The notes under the pieces: generated by a model
Told to the model about the DNA's origin: nothing
Database searches by the model: none
What the model saw: only the letters and a program-made list of their open reading frames with translations
Position numbers and translations under genes: made by a program
Assembly (NCBI RefSeq): GCF_004010195.1
Contig: NC_057719.1
Location: 31,948,920-31,995,550 of the forward strand
Direction of reading: 5' to 3'
DNA: 46,631 nt
DNA from: Chiloscyllium plagiosum
Taxonomy: Eukaryota
Part shown: positions 23,217 to 36,451 of the stretch, piece after piece
Layout: each line of letters opens with the position of its first letter
Position numbering within the stretch: the first letter of the stretch is position 1

Positions 23217-23922
23217 TGTCATCTCCCTCCACTGAGGCATGGAAGTTCACATAGCATTATACATTACTGTTGATTTCAGACTGATGAATTAAAAAAACTT
23301 TTGGAAAGACTTATTACTATTCTAAATTCTCAATTTTCAGCACCACTTCTTCCTGTTTCTAATCTAAAACCCTATTTCATTCTTTAGACATTAGCAAAGC
23401 AGTAGATTTATCATCAGAAGTACTGAAAACAAGTGCCAATAATTTTTCACATTGTAGCTTATTTTTACAGTCTACCTTCTCTGTATATTCATAGATTTAG
23501 CTTAGCTACATTTGTAAAAGTAGATGTAAAATGTGGGGTGAAATCTCAGTATTAGTAATCTGTATATTAACAAGCTTGTATCAGTTTTTTTTTCTATTAT
23601 TTTAACAAAGGAGTTAAACAGTACACATATGTGGCTTAAATCCTTTTGTATGTACGTATCATTAGACACAATGAGAATTTTCATAGCCCACTCTTACCTA
23701 GACAGAAATCGTGCAGATCCTTATCCATCCTAAATTTTAATTCCCCCACATTTATTGCACTAAAGTTTTGTCCCAAGAAGGATTGGAATCTCTGACCTTT
23801 TGTTTTATTTGTGTAGCTGGGGAAGCAGTTATAGACCAATGTCAAGGTTAATAATCCATTCCAAGAGTAGCTGCCACAGTGTGAATGACTGTCATGCCAT
23901 CAGGGTGGGATTTCTGAGCAGA

Positions 23923-24239
23923 AGATTAGATTAGATTACTTACAGTGTGGAAACAGGCCCTTCTGCCCAACAAGTCCACACCGACCCGCCGAAGCGCAAC
24001 CCACCCATACCCCTACATTTACCCCTTTAACCTAACACTACGGGTAATTTAGCATGGCCAATTCACCTGACCCGCACATTTTTGGATTGTGGGAAGAAAC
24101 CAGAGCACCCGGAGGAAACCCACGCAGACACGGGGAGAACGTGCAAACTCCACACAGTCAGTCGCCTGAGTCGGGAATTGAACCCGGGTCTCTGGCGCTG
24201 TGAGGTAGCAGTGCTAACCACTGTGCCACCGTGCCGCCC
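23923..24239 (-). mobile_element. Full-length HE1-type SINE
   Basis: Reverse complement of 10415-10731 with few differences. Confidence 0.95.
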
Positions 24240-24584
24240 ATAAAGTTCAGTATCTGGACCATGGCCTGACCTGGATGGTCATAGTCACAATTTCAGGTGT
24301 TTCTCATGTTTCAACTGTGAAATAAGTGGCTGCATTGTCCTTGGCCTGTCCTCAAGCAATCAAAGATTGCTCAGATTTCCTGTGAAAAATTGTAATCTGG
24401 GACTTCAGTTTGCTAGCACAAGAAGCCACTTGAGCTGTTTCAGTCTTAATCTTCTGGAAGTAATTTTTATGACCCTGAGGTAGATATCTACCAAGTTAGT
24501 GTGCCAGCTCCAGAACCAGATTGAGTAGTACTACTGTATTGATGGTAGACTAGGCTGAGTGAAGAAGTGCATGTTATGTTGCTT

Positions 24585-24783
24585 GGTTAGCTCAGTTGGC
24601 TGGATTGCTGGGTTGTGATACAGAGTGATGCCAACACTGTAGGTTCAATTCCTACATTGGACTGAGGTTACCAAGACAGCCCAGTTTTCTCAACCTTGCC
24701 TATGATCTGATAGTCCTTGGTTCGCCATCAGTTATCTCTCTGTAACAGGAGAGCAGCCCTATGGTCCTTTTTGGTTTTACCTT
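24585..24783 (+). mobile_element. tRNA-derived SINE (family 3)
   Basis: tagctcagttgg A box, ggttcaattcc B box; homologous to the split copy at 12915. Confidence 0.7.
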
Positions 24784-24834
24784 AGTGTGTTGGCTCCATG
24801 GAGCCAGACAAGTGGAACATTGTCTTTTGTATAT

Positions 24835-25372
24835 AGAAGTCATGCTTCAGTCATTCCAAGCTTTTATTAGACTACACCTCGAGTACAAGTACTGTGAACA
24901 TTTCTGGGCACTGCAACTTAAGGAAGATATACCGGCTTTAGTTGGTTTACCAGAGAAAAATCTGGACTCCAGGTTGATTTATGAGAAACAATGACACAAA
25001 CAAGGTTGTGTTGCTTGGAATTTAACCGACTAAGGGATGATTAGTTTAAAGCTTTCAAGATATTAAGGGAAACAGATATTGCATACAGAGAGAAACCATT
25101 TCCATTGGATATGAAATCATTTAAAATTAAAATCTTTCAGAAAATAGTTTCACATGCAGAAGGAGGTAGAAGTTTGGAGTTTTCTTTTCAAATGACAATT
25201 GATGCTAAATTAGTTGTTAACTTAAAGCTAGGATTGATAGATTTCTGACAAGCAAGATGTTAAGGGATATTGGATAAAGACTAATACATAGTTACTTTGT
25301 AGATCAGTCATGATCGTGTTGAATGTTGGAACAGATTCAAGGTGTTACATGATTTTCTCCTGTTCCAGTGTT
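24835..25372 (+). mobile_element. Highly degenerate CR1 3' fragment
   Basis: IRLHLEY..CEHFWA motif followed by a CR1-like 3'UTR. Confidence 0.6.
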
Positions 25373-25560
25373 TCCATGTCCCCAGGTAGCAATGGCAAAT
25401 TGATGCTTTTGGATTTTCTATGGGAGGGCACTCTTGTTGTAATAGTATTAGTGTTAGCACTCAATTGATTTGATTTATTATTGTCACATGTACTGAGGTA
25501 CAGTGAAAAGTGTTGTCTTACATCATATTATTAGTGCATCATAATTAGCATGTATAACTC

Positions 25561-26395
25561 AAGATCATAAGATATTGGAGCATAATTAGGCCATTCAGTC
25601 CATTGAGTTTAGAGTTAGAATCCCTACAGTGTGGAAACCAGCCCTTCTGCCCAATAAGTCCACACCAGCCTCTGAAGAGTATCCCATCCAAACCCATTCC
25701 TCTACATTTACCCCTGACTAATGCACCTAACCTACACATCCCTGAACACTATGGGCAAATTAGCATGGCCAATCCATCTGACCTGCACATCTTTGGACTG
25801 TGGGAGGTAACCAGAGCACCTGTAGAAAACCCACGCAGACACAGGGAGAATGTGCAAACTCCACACAGACTTTGCCGAAGACTGAAATTGAACCCAGTTT
25901 CCTGGCACTGTGAGGCACCAATGCTAACCAGTGAGCTGCCATGTCGAAAATTGCTGATAACAGCGATGAGAGTGGGAGTCTGCTCCACCATTCACTCATG
26001 GCTGATATATTTCTCAACCCCACTCTCCTGGCTTTTCTCTGTAACTCTTGATCTGCTTACTAATCAAGAACACATCTGTCTCTGACGTTGACTTGACCTC
26101 CACAAGCTTCTGTTGCAATGTGTTCCACAGATTATCCACCCTCTCCCTGAAGAAATTCCTCCTCATCTCAGTCCTCCTCATCACTTCACTCTGGGGCTTT
26201 ACCCTCGGGGCCTAGTCTCTCCTACTAGTGGAAACCTCTTTGCTATGTCCACTCTAACAAGGCCTTTCAGTATTCACTAAGTGTCAATGAGATCCGCCAT
26301 TATCCTTCCACTGAGTGCAGACCTTGAGTCTTTAACTGCTCCTAGTGTGACAAGCTTTTCATCCCCAGGATCTGATTTGTAAACCTCCTCTGGAG
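25561..26395 (-). mobile_element. CR1 3' fragment interrupted by an HE1-like SINE
   Basis: Tail cataagatattggagc..ggccattcagtccattgagt resumes as gagtctgctccaccattc at ~25976. Confidence 0.75.
25609..25946 (-). mobile_element. HE1-like SINE (older subfamily)
   Basis: Reverse-complement HE1 core and tail ..cactgtagggattcta. Confidence 0.88.
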
Positions 26396-29300
26396 TCTAC
26401 TCTGACAATTAACCTCTGAGAAGCAGGACTTATAAAATATATTTTGTATCTTAACAATGCTGTAGGGTATATCTTACATCCTCTACCTTGCATCTGGTAG
26501 ATGTTCATAAAAAAAGCAACCAGACTAAAAGTGTCTTATTTAGTTGAATGTTGCATATACATGTCCTCATGCCCACTGGGCTGTGTGTTGAAACTTAGAT
26601 ATTACCAGATACTATGATCCCAGCTGATGGTAATACTTGGCAAGTCAGACTTCAGACTGAAACCTATAAATTAGGTTTTATTTCTGCAATTTAGTTACTG
26701 TGATGGATGGTCACTGAACATATTGAAATGAGGCTGCCAATATACTTTTTTCAGCTCTGATGGCTTGAAAGGACTACCTGTTGGAATGGATCTTTTCTTC
26801 TGGCTTTCAGGACCAACCTGGGGGCAAAGGTAAGTATTGTTCGGGGGATTCTTAATTGGTGTGGATTGTTGGAAAGGGGAACATGGGCATCAGAAACAAA
26901 GGTAGGCATTCATCTATCAGTAGTCAAATTCCCACTCCGTCCTATGCCAGGCCCATGCCATCAATTATATACAAGTTAATAGAGTTCAAGGGGCCAATAG
27001 ACCGACAGCTCACATAGATTTACCTGAGGGCCCCTGTTATTCATTCTGTCTGGGAAATAAGAAAATTGCAGCCAATGTGGATGTAAAAAGTGGTCTTTAA
27101 GTGGTCTTTAATGGGCTTAATGAACGTGGAATGGATGATCACCCATGAGTGTTCCTTCTTGGACCTATGGGCACTGGCTTTTGGAATCTTGGGGAAGGTT
27201 AGACTGACTGCCCTTGACATGAGGTTGCATTTGACCAAGTGTGGCATCAAGGAAGCTGAGCTCAATTGGAATCAATGGGAATGGGGGATGGGGAGGGGAG
27301 CAGGGAATCCTTTCTTGTTGTTAATGTATACATCAGTTTCATAAAATTACTTCTGGCTATTTCTAACCTTCTTTTGATTTCTGCACCACATCTGCCATTT
27401 TCTGTTGCCATTTGTATTTAAAGCTGTTGACTTATTGTAGTTTGACACTTTCCACTTTAATCTTTACTCCAGTTTCTACTTCCTTCTAACTAATCAATGT
27501 TTTCTTCCGTTGGTCTTCATGCTCTCAAATTGTTTTTTCAAGTGCCAGATTTTACTTAACCGATGAAATTTTGTCAGGTCTCTTTTGATATTGCAAGTAA
27601 TACTGTATTGTACCATAGGTTAGTTAGATTATTGCTTCCAAATTTTACTCCAGCAGCATACCTAATTATCTAAATATTTGTTCTGCATGCAGTTTATATA
27701 ATTTTGCTGATGGTTCAGAACCTCGTTGTACTCCTCTCTTCACTTCAAGCATATTTGATCATCCCTCTTCTAGTCTAATGCTCATTATTCAATTCAACTT
27801 AGACTCTGGATAAAGCAATCTCATTACAGTCATATTCACTTTTGGTGATAAGTACAATTGAATGGCTTTTCAAAGTCTATGAAAAATATGTAAATTTTCT
27901 TGCCTACTTCTAGATATTAAAGATTGTTCTGGGTTAAATGTTCCCTCCCTTTTCCTACTCTTGGTCTAAATCTAGGCTGACTTGCACCAACCTCTGCTTC
28001 ACATGTGTTATTATTTCATTCTATCATGATTTTCAAGATCCCTTTAACAAGATGCCAATTGTTAAATGTTTAGTTCTGAAATGATTGAGCTCTATTCCTT
28101 CTGTTCATTTGATAACACCTCTGTGAAGCAGCCAGGATGCATTTTACAATGTTAAGGGTGCAATATAAATGCAAACAAATGCTTTTGTTGACCACCATAC
28201 CTCTTCAGATAATTATCATGTGAATTTTCAATGTTCCTTTTAGAAAGCTTTTTCCCTCAAACATTGCTTGGGGTTTGACTACAACATTCACGCTCAGTCA
28301 AGTGTCAGCTGTCTGTTCAGCTCCACTGGTCCAAACTGATTTGCCCTCTCCAGTTTGTCTCAGCAGCAAAATTAAAATGCTTATTTTTCCAAAATATTGT
28401 TAGAATTGTGAGTGACTAAAAAGAGATAGTTTTCATTGGTTTTGTAGACAAACATGGTCTTGAGCAATTAACTTCAGCTTTTAGTTTCCAACCAATTTTG
28501 TTTCTCCGTTTCTTTAAATCATTGAAGAGGAGTCTGGATATCTGTTCAAGAGGAAAGCATATGTCTGCATCAGAACTTGTCGACTTAATAGATTCCCAGC
28601 TTTCCACAGTGGCTGGTGCTGTGTGTATATAGAGAAGAAGGTATACGTAAATCCTCAGTGTGCAAAAACAGATAGCTCTGCTTCAAGAGAAAAGCCATTT
28701 TCTTTGTCCCTTCCACTCTCCTGTTATTTAGAATAGTGCATCCAAACCATCCAGCTCCTGATCAGGCCCAGGACCATTTAACATATGGGCCAGGCACAGT
28801 GTGAGTATATGCTTGTCCCACTGTAGGGTCCTGTGCCAATGAAAGGAGCTGGATTTTTGAACCTATATTCGCACATTTAGCTTCCAGGATTGAATGCCTG
28901 GAATGCCCCTAAGCTTTCTGGGACATATGTGGGTGTGGGGGAGGGAAAGGGGCATATTGAAAATTAAAATTGTCATCCAGTGATCCGTGTTGGAATTTAT
29001 GCTTGGGTGTGTGCAGGCGTAGAGATTGGTTGACCATAAGAATGGGATCAGCTCAATGCCCTTTACGGCTGAAATGTTTGCCGATACTCTGGTCGGATTC
29101 ACACAATGAAAGTGTTCACTGAGTGAGATTGCAGATAGAGGGTCAACTGCGTTATGGAACTAGCTTCCAGCAAAACATAGCCCTTCCAGGGGAACTGAGG
29201 GAGAAGGGAAAAGAAAGAGCTTTCTCTATCCTGATCCTTCTGGAATAGTCAGAGCCATGAATCTGAATGAACTCAATGTTTGTCAATTCATTCGAAAACT

Positions 29301-30290
29301 GATCTGTTTTGAGGAATGGTTGAGTAATTCTGTGCTTTAGTATCTAAAAATATTTAGCACAGAAAGCTAGTGCCTGACCTGTAGATTCCAGTAACACTGA
29401 TAACTGCAGGATGAAGTGGTTTCAATGAAATATTGTGTATAAAAGAAATAAAAAGATCAGGGGAAATGTTGATAAATGTCATTAATAACAATTGTTGTAC
29501 CTCCTTCTTCAGATGAGTATCAGCAGCACCAAGCTGAACAAATGGGAGAATTTTTTGTTGTGGTAATGCATCAAACAAAGTAGTTTTCCCAATCTTGAAC
29601 AAAGATCCTTAGCATTATATAAGAATAAGGTGCTATCATGAGCAAACAGATGGGACACAATGTAATAGGGGAGAGAATATCAGCAAAATCTGTTTCAATT
29701 TAAGGAACAGTGATTAAGAAGATTGATCTAGTGGCTGATCAAACCTGTCAGAGAATTTGTTTAAAGCACCAAGGTGACCATGAACATTGGAGGGAAATAG
29801 ATTTCCTGGAGCATGTTATGTCCAGGCCTTGAAATGGTGTCAGGTGACACATCCTAGAAGAAGCAATGAGATGTGCCTCAATCCTGACCTCCACTTTATT
29901 TTGTGACTCTGCTCAAGTTTGTGGATCTTTTAGCACATCAAATGCTGTGGTTGGCTTGAGTACATCTGGGGCATTAGTCCGCGGCACCACCCTTTTGCCC
30001 ATTGAAAGTTTGGCATCAGTGCCCAGGGCTGGAAGAAGAACCCAGAGCTCCAGGAGATTTTTTTTACTGCCTGCCAATGCTCCATGATAAATTGACCTTA
30101 ATCTTCAAGTGGTGCTGTCTACTCTCAGCTGTGAACCAATATATTTAATCTCATCACATAGTAGGACCCTAACCAGGGCCAGATGCAGGATATCTGGCTC
30201 ACCATATTAAATCAGCCGACCCACAGGAATCAGTGCAGAAGAGCCGTATGCATTTAGCATATTGTCTTAACTACCAGTTAGGTATTCAAT

Positions 30291-30682
30291 TAAGAACATA
30301 AGAACTAGGAATAGGAGTAGGCCATCTGGCCCTTCAAGCCCACTCTGCCAGTCAATAAGATCACGGCTGATCTTTTCGTGGCCTCAGCTCCACTTACCCG
30401 CCCACTCAACGTAACCCTTAATTCTTATACTGTTCAATAAATTATCTATCTTAGGTTAAAAACATTTACTGAGGAAGACTTCACTGGGCAGGGAATTCCA
30501 TAGATTCACAACCCTCTGGGTGAAGAAATTCTTACTCAATTCAGCCCTAAATCTGCTCCCCCTAATTCTGACGCTATGCCCTCTTGTCCTAATTTAACCA
30601 GCCAGTGGAAACATCTCTTTATTTCTATCTTATCTATTCCCTTTCATAATTTTAAATGTTTCTATAAGAGCCCCCCTCATTA
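30291..30682 (-). mobile_element. CR1 3' fragment
   Basis: taagaacataagaactagga..ggagtaggccatctggccc tail and antisense ORF2 end. Confidence 0.8.
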
Positions 30683-30913
30683 TTCTATTATGTCATTTGG
30701 ACTCATTGGATGTAAATGTTACCTTTGTAGTGCCTCGAGCATAAACTTCTTGCATATACTTAGAGTCATAGGGTCATACAGCATGGTTAAACAGGCCCTT
30801 CGGTCCAACTCATCCACGTGGACCAAGTTTCCCAAACTAAATTAGTCCCATTTGCCTGCATTTGCCCCATAGTCCTCTAAACCTTTCCTATTCATATGCC
30901 TATCCAAGTGTCT

Positions 30914-31230
30914 GGGGTGGCACAGTGGCTCAGTGATTAGCACTACTGTCTCACAGCACCAGGGAACTGGATTCAATTCCAGCCTCGGACAACTGTCTGT
31001 GTAGAGTTTGCACATTCTCCCTGTGACTGTGTGGGTTTCCTCCCACAATCCAAAGATGTGCAGGTTAGGTGAATTGGCCATGCTAAATTGCCCATAGTGT
31101 TCAGTGATGTGTAGATTAGGGGTAAAAGTAGAGTAATGGGGATGGATTTGGGTGGGATACTCTTCAGAGAGTTGGTGTGGACTTGTAGAGTCAAAGGTTC
31201 TGTTTCCAGATTGTAGGGATTCTAAAAAAA
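30914..31230 (+). mobile_element. HE1-like SINE nested in CR1
   Basis: Head ggggtggcacagtggctcag, core, tail gtagggattcta. Confidence 0.88.
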
Positions 31231-31739
31231 GCCTTGTAATTGTTCCTGCACCTACCATTTCCTCAGGCAGTTCATTCCATATATGAACCACCTTCTGTGT
31301 GAAAACATTCCCCCTCAGGTCCCTTTTAAATCTTTCTCCTTTCACCTTAAAAATATGCCCCCTAGATTTGAACTCCCCTAACCTAGGGAAAAAAGACTCT
31401 TTCTATCACCTTATCTATGCCCCTCATGATTCTATGAACCTCTGTAATGTCAACCCTCAACCTCCTATGCTCCAGTGAAAAAAGGTTTTAGCCTATCTAG
31501 CCTTTTCCTATTGCTCAAACCCTCCAGTCCTGGCAACACCCTGGTAAATCTTTTCTGAATCCTTTCTAATTCAATAATATCCTTCCTCTCGCAGGCAACC
31601 AAAACTGTACTCACAAATGGCCTCACCAATGTCCTGAACAACTTCAACATGATATTCCAACTTGTATACTCAATAGTCTGAGCAATGATAGCAAGGATTT
31701 TAAATGCTTTCTTAACCACCATGTCTACCTGTGATACAA

Positions 31740-31941
31740 AGTTAAAAATCACACAACAGCAGGCTATAGTCCAACAGGTTTATTGGAAGCACTAGCTTTC
31801 GAAGTGCTGGTCCTTCGTCAGGTGATGAAGGAGCAACGCTTTAAAAGCTAGTGCTTCCAGTTAAACCTGTTGGACTATAACCTGGTGTTGTATGATTTTT
31901 AACTTTGTACACCCCAGTCCAACACCGGCATCTCCAAATCA
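31740..31941. mobile_element. MER6-like palindromic PLE-derived element (family D)
   Basis: Inverted arms 31735-31820 and 31823-31909; tail caccccagtccaacaccggcatctccaaatca; 14-bp TSD tacctgtgatacaa at 31726-31739 and 31942-31955. Minus arm reads CTGACGA-AGGA..TTC-GAAA-GCTA. Confidence 0.85.
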
Positions 31942-34357
31942 TACCTGTGATACAACTTTCAAACAATTATGTACCCGAACCCCCAGGTCTCTGGTCTACA
32001 ACACTACCAGGGCCCTACCATTAACTGTGTAAGTCATATCTTCGTTTGTCTTACTAAAATGTATTACCTTACATTTATCCAAGTTAAACCTAGCCTGTTA
32101 CTTCTCAGCCCATTGGCCCAATTGACCAAAATCCCTTTGTAATCTTAGATAACCTTCTTCATTGTCCACTATACTACCAATTTTGTGTCATCTACAATCT
32201 TATTAACCATGCTTCTGAAATTTTCATCAGAATTGTTTAAATAAATGACAAACAAAAGTGCACTTAGTGCTCTGCAGAAATCCATTCGTCACAGGCCTTC
32301 AGTTGAAAAACAACCCTCCATCATGGCCTTCGGTCTCCTACTGTCAAGCTAATTTTGTATCCAACTGGTATGCTGTCCCTGAATCTCATGTGATCTAACC
32401 TTACTAATTAGTCCACCATGCAGAACTTTGTTAAAGGCTTTAATAAAGTGCATGTTGACAATGTCTACAGCTCTGCCCTTATCAATCTTTTTGGTTACAT
32501 CCTGAAAAAACTCAATCAAGTTTGTGAGACTCGATTTGCTGTGCACAAAGCCATGCTGACTACCCAATCAGTCCTTGCCCCTCCAAATGCATGTAGATTC
32601 TATCTCTCAAAATCTCCTCCAACAACTTACACCACCACTAATGTCAGATTCACCAATCTATAGTTCCCAGGTTTCTCCTTTTCTGTCTTTTTTAAGTGCA
32701 GGCACAATCTTAGTCATCCTCCAGTTCCCTGGCATTTTACCTGTGGCCATAGATGATCCAAGTATTTATACTGGGGACCCAGCAATTTCTTCCTTAATTT
32801 CCCACAATGTCCTGGAATACAATTGATCATGTCCCAGAGATTTATCCACCCCCATCTTTATGTTTTTTAAGGCCTTCTACACCTCCTCTTCTGTAATGTG
32901 GACTGTATCCAAGACATTAATATTTATTTCCCTGAGTTCCCTAGCCTCCATTTCTCCCTCCACAGTAAAAACAGATGCAAACTATTTGTTTAGTGTCTTT
33001 CCCATCTCCTGTGGGTTCACAAATGGATGAACTTATTGATCTTTAAGGGGACATATTGTCTGGCTAGTTGCTCTTACACTCTTAATGTACTTGTAGAATC
33101 TATTTGGAATATCCTTAACCTTTTCTGGTATTTCACAACCCCTTTTCACCCTCCTGATTTCCCTCTTAAGAATGCCCCCTACTCCTCTTATACTCTTCAA
33201 GAGGTTCATTTGATCCCAGTTGTCTATACCTAATTTATGACTTCTTATTCTTGACTACAGGCTCAATATCTTTATTCATCCATTGTTCCCCAACCTTACA
33301 AGCCTTACCCTTCACTCTAACAGGAAGATAATACCTCTGAATTCTTACGATCTCACTTTGAAAGCCTCCTACTTGCCAATCGTCTCTTCACTTGCAAACA
33401 GTCTCCTCCATAGGTAAAAACAGTCTACTCCAATCAGCTTTTGAAGATTCTTGTCTCATACCATCAAGATTTGCTTCGCTCCAATTAAGAACTTTAACTT
33501 TTATTGAAGGCCTACTCTTTTCCATATGTTAAAACTAATAGAATTATGATCACTGGTCCCAAATTCCCCCCCCCCCCCCACTTAATACTTCAGTCACTTG
33601 CCCTGCCTTATTTCCAAAGGAAGGTCAATATTTGCTCTTTCTCTAGTAGGTATGTGCACATATTGATAAGAAAATTTTCTTGAACATATTTAACAAATTA
33701 TTCACTATCCAAGCCCTTAACACTATGAAAAGTTGAATCCCCAAGTATTACAACCATACATATATCTGAGATATATCTGAGAACACTGCAAGAAGCCAGA
33801 GAAAATATTGTGGGGGCCCTGGTTGATATTTTTGCGTCATCGTTAGCCATAGGGGTGAGGTCCCGGAAGACTGGAGGTAATGTGTGTTGTGCCCTTATTT
33901 GAGAAAGGCTGCAAAGAAAAACCTGAGAACTATATACCAGTAAGCCTAACATCTGTGGTAGGTAAATTACTTGAGAAGGTTCTGAGAGACAAAATATACA
34001 TGCACTTGGAAAGACAAGATTTGATTAGGAATAGTCAGTATGGTTTTGTGTGTGGGAGATCATGCCTCACAAATTTGTTAGAGTTCTTTGATGAAGTGAC
34101 CAGGAAGTTTGACAAAAGCAGGGTGGGTAGACATTGTCTATTTGGATTTCAATAAGGGCTTTGATAGATAAGGTTCCACATGGTACGCTGCTCTAGAAGG
34201 TTAGATTGCATGGAATCCAGGGGGAGCTGGCAAATTGGATACACAATTGGCTTGATGGTAGGAACCCGATGGTAATAGTAGAAGGATGCTTGTTGGAGTG
34301 GAGGCCTGTGACTAGTGGAGTGCCTCAGGAGTTGGTGCTGAGCCCATTGAAGTTTGC

Positions 34358-34563
34358 TGTCTCGTACTGTCAAAGTTTGCTTTACTTCAATTAAGAACTT
34401 CAACTTTTGTACAAGGTTTATTCTTTTCCATATGTTAAAACTAATAGAATTACAATCACTGGTCTGCAAGTGTTCCCCATTAACAATTCAGTTACTTGCC
34501 CTGCCTTATATCCCAAGGAAGGTCAATTTTTGCTTTTTCTCTTGTGGGTACACACACATATTG
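34358..34563 (-). mobile_element. CR1 APE-region fragment inserted in the RT region; direct repeat of 33452-33665
   Basis: Shares cttttccatatgttaaaactaatagaatta and acttgccctgcctta..aaggaaggtcaat with 33452-33665. Sits between the LSPL and YVNDL RT motifs. Confidence 0.8.
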
Positions 34564-35084
34564 TTACCTATGTCAATGATTTGGATGAGAATGTACAAGG
34601 CATGAGTAGCAAGTTTGCAGATGACACTTAAATAGGAGGTATCATGGACAGTGAGGAAGGTTAGCAGAAATTTCAGCAGGATCTGGATAAGCTGGGGAAG
34701 TGGACCAGAAATAGCAAATGATGTTTAATATAGATAAGTGTGAGGTCTTGAATTTTGGAAAGTCAAATCAAGGTAGGAGTTTCATGGGGAATGATAGGGC
34801 CTTAAGGAGTGAAGTGGAACAGAGGGACCTTGGATTTCAGGTGCACAGTTCTGTGAAAGTGGAGTCACAGGTAGACAGGGCAGTGAGGAAGGCTTTTGGC
34901 ACACTGGACTTCATCAGTAAAGACATTGAGTATAGAAGTTGAGAAGTTATGTTGCAGTTGTACAGGATATTGGTGAGGCCACACTTGAGGTATTATGTTC
35001 AGTTTTGGGCACCTTGCTGTAGGAACAATGTTATTAAACTGGAAACAGTACAGAAGAAATTTACAAGGATGCCAGGACTCAAGG

Positions 35085-36451
35085 TGTAGCAGTTCAGGGT
35101 AATCCCCAGTTTTAAAAGGAAAGACTGAAAGAAAATGGCCTTTTGTGAAAAGCTGGTCAACCTGTGCAGGCAGGATTTCCCAGCAGGTCTGCCAGAATAA
35201 GGACAGACCTTTTTCTGGGGACAGAGATCGTCAGAGGCATGAGACAACTCGACCAACAAAACGGCACCCGTCAGACATTGCATCAAGGGACAAGCATAAA
35301 AATGGTAAGGAACCCTGAAACTGTGAACAATGGAGCCTATCCAGTTAATGGGATAATGATTTACTCTAATCTGAAACCAGTTTGGGAGGCTCCACAAAGT
35401 CATCAAAATTTCAGTTAAGTAAATTTGGGACAGTATCGACCCTTTTGTTTCCACAAATGTTGAGATTTAACCATCCCCAGCAATCACCGGAGATGCTTTG
35501 TGAAATGGAATTACCTGAGGGGCGGAGCTGGCCGCTGCTTTGGAATCGCAAGAGTACAAGGGGCAGCAGGGCCAGCTATCAGACTCTTTCTTTTTCACTC
35601 TCCTCACTGAGTCTCTGGATACCAACGCTTTGGGGCTGAAGACATCGACCCTGTCTGCGACCTTGGACTTTGGAAGTGCACAACAACATCCGAGGCAGAG
35701 AGGGAGCTCCACCGGACAGGCAACAAGTTCCCCGGAGACTGTGAGAACCCTTTTCAGGCCTGGGACACTCATACTCTGGAGTATTTGGTTAGCCATAGGG
35801 GGTAGGTGGTTGTGTAATTCTTAAAGTATATGACCCCTATAAATTGTATAAGGTTAAAGATTTATGTTGTGTCCACTCCAGCTTTCTTGTGTTTTATATC
35901 ACAGCATAGAGTGTAAATTTCATCAAATTATTGTACGGATTGAGCAAGTTAAATGTTTTTTTTTCTGCAATAAAGTTCACTGGTAATTTTGAACTCATAT
36001 TTGAGTCTGTCTGTGCTCCTTCTGGGTACACCAATTCTGGCTGAGTTCACAGTAGATCCCAGACTAAAATTCCAGTGTCAAGGACCGAACGGTAATCTGG
36101 GCACTTCAAATCGCCCACTCAAAAGGGATTGCTGGCCAGGTAAGCAGTTTGATCTCCTTTATCCTCTCTCTTCTGGGTACTGCCTGAGTCGGTAGGTACT
36201 AGGTGGCCGTTGTCTCACCAACAAGAGAGGGAATCGCCCAGGCCTTGGTGGTGGTTGCGATTACTGTTTCAATCAGGCTATAAACAGTGAGTTCATTTCA
36301 GCCCCCTCTCTCCAGCGTAGTTGTCCTAGTGTGGCATTCCAGGTCTTTGAAGTTTCAGAGCCTGTTGGAGAGAGAGAGAGACCACCACAGCAATCGGCAA
36401 ACCCCAGACGCCAAGCCGAGTGCGGAGTAATGGAAAGAGGCCCCTTCCACA
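35085..36451 (+). mobile_element. Long solo LTR (1367 bp) inserted in CR1
   Basis: TG..CA ends (tgtagcag vs rc tgtggaag); 4-bp TSD aagg/aatg with one mismatch; excision restores CR1 PGLNGLSYSERL. TATAAA 35838-35843 and AATAAA 35969-35974 suggest + orientation. Confidence 0.75.

Larger units (their letters stand above)
30761..33750 (-). mobile_element. Long decayed CR1 LINE (APE to 3' tail) with nested HE1 and MER6-like inserts
   Basis: Antisense remnants SQHGFV..SSLTNLIEFF..KAFNKVLHG, LERIQKRFTRVLPGL, RFKRDLRGNVFTQKVVHIWNELP; SDHNS-like APE motif near 33541-33555. Confidence 0.9.

Noticed and set aside
33740..33790. Twin-priming inversion explaining the head-to-head CR1 pair
   Set aside because: Both halves contain the same RT segments (e.g. 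SxLTNLxEFF, HxIQG..WI), so they are two overlapping copies rather than one inverted element.
36108..36131. Primer-binding site inside the 35085 insertion
   Set aside because: tcgcccactcaaaagggatt lacks the TGG start and matches no tRNA 3' end I can confirm; the TSD and TG..CA ends fit a single solo LTR better.
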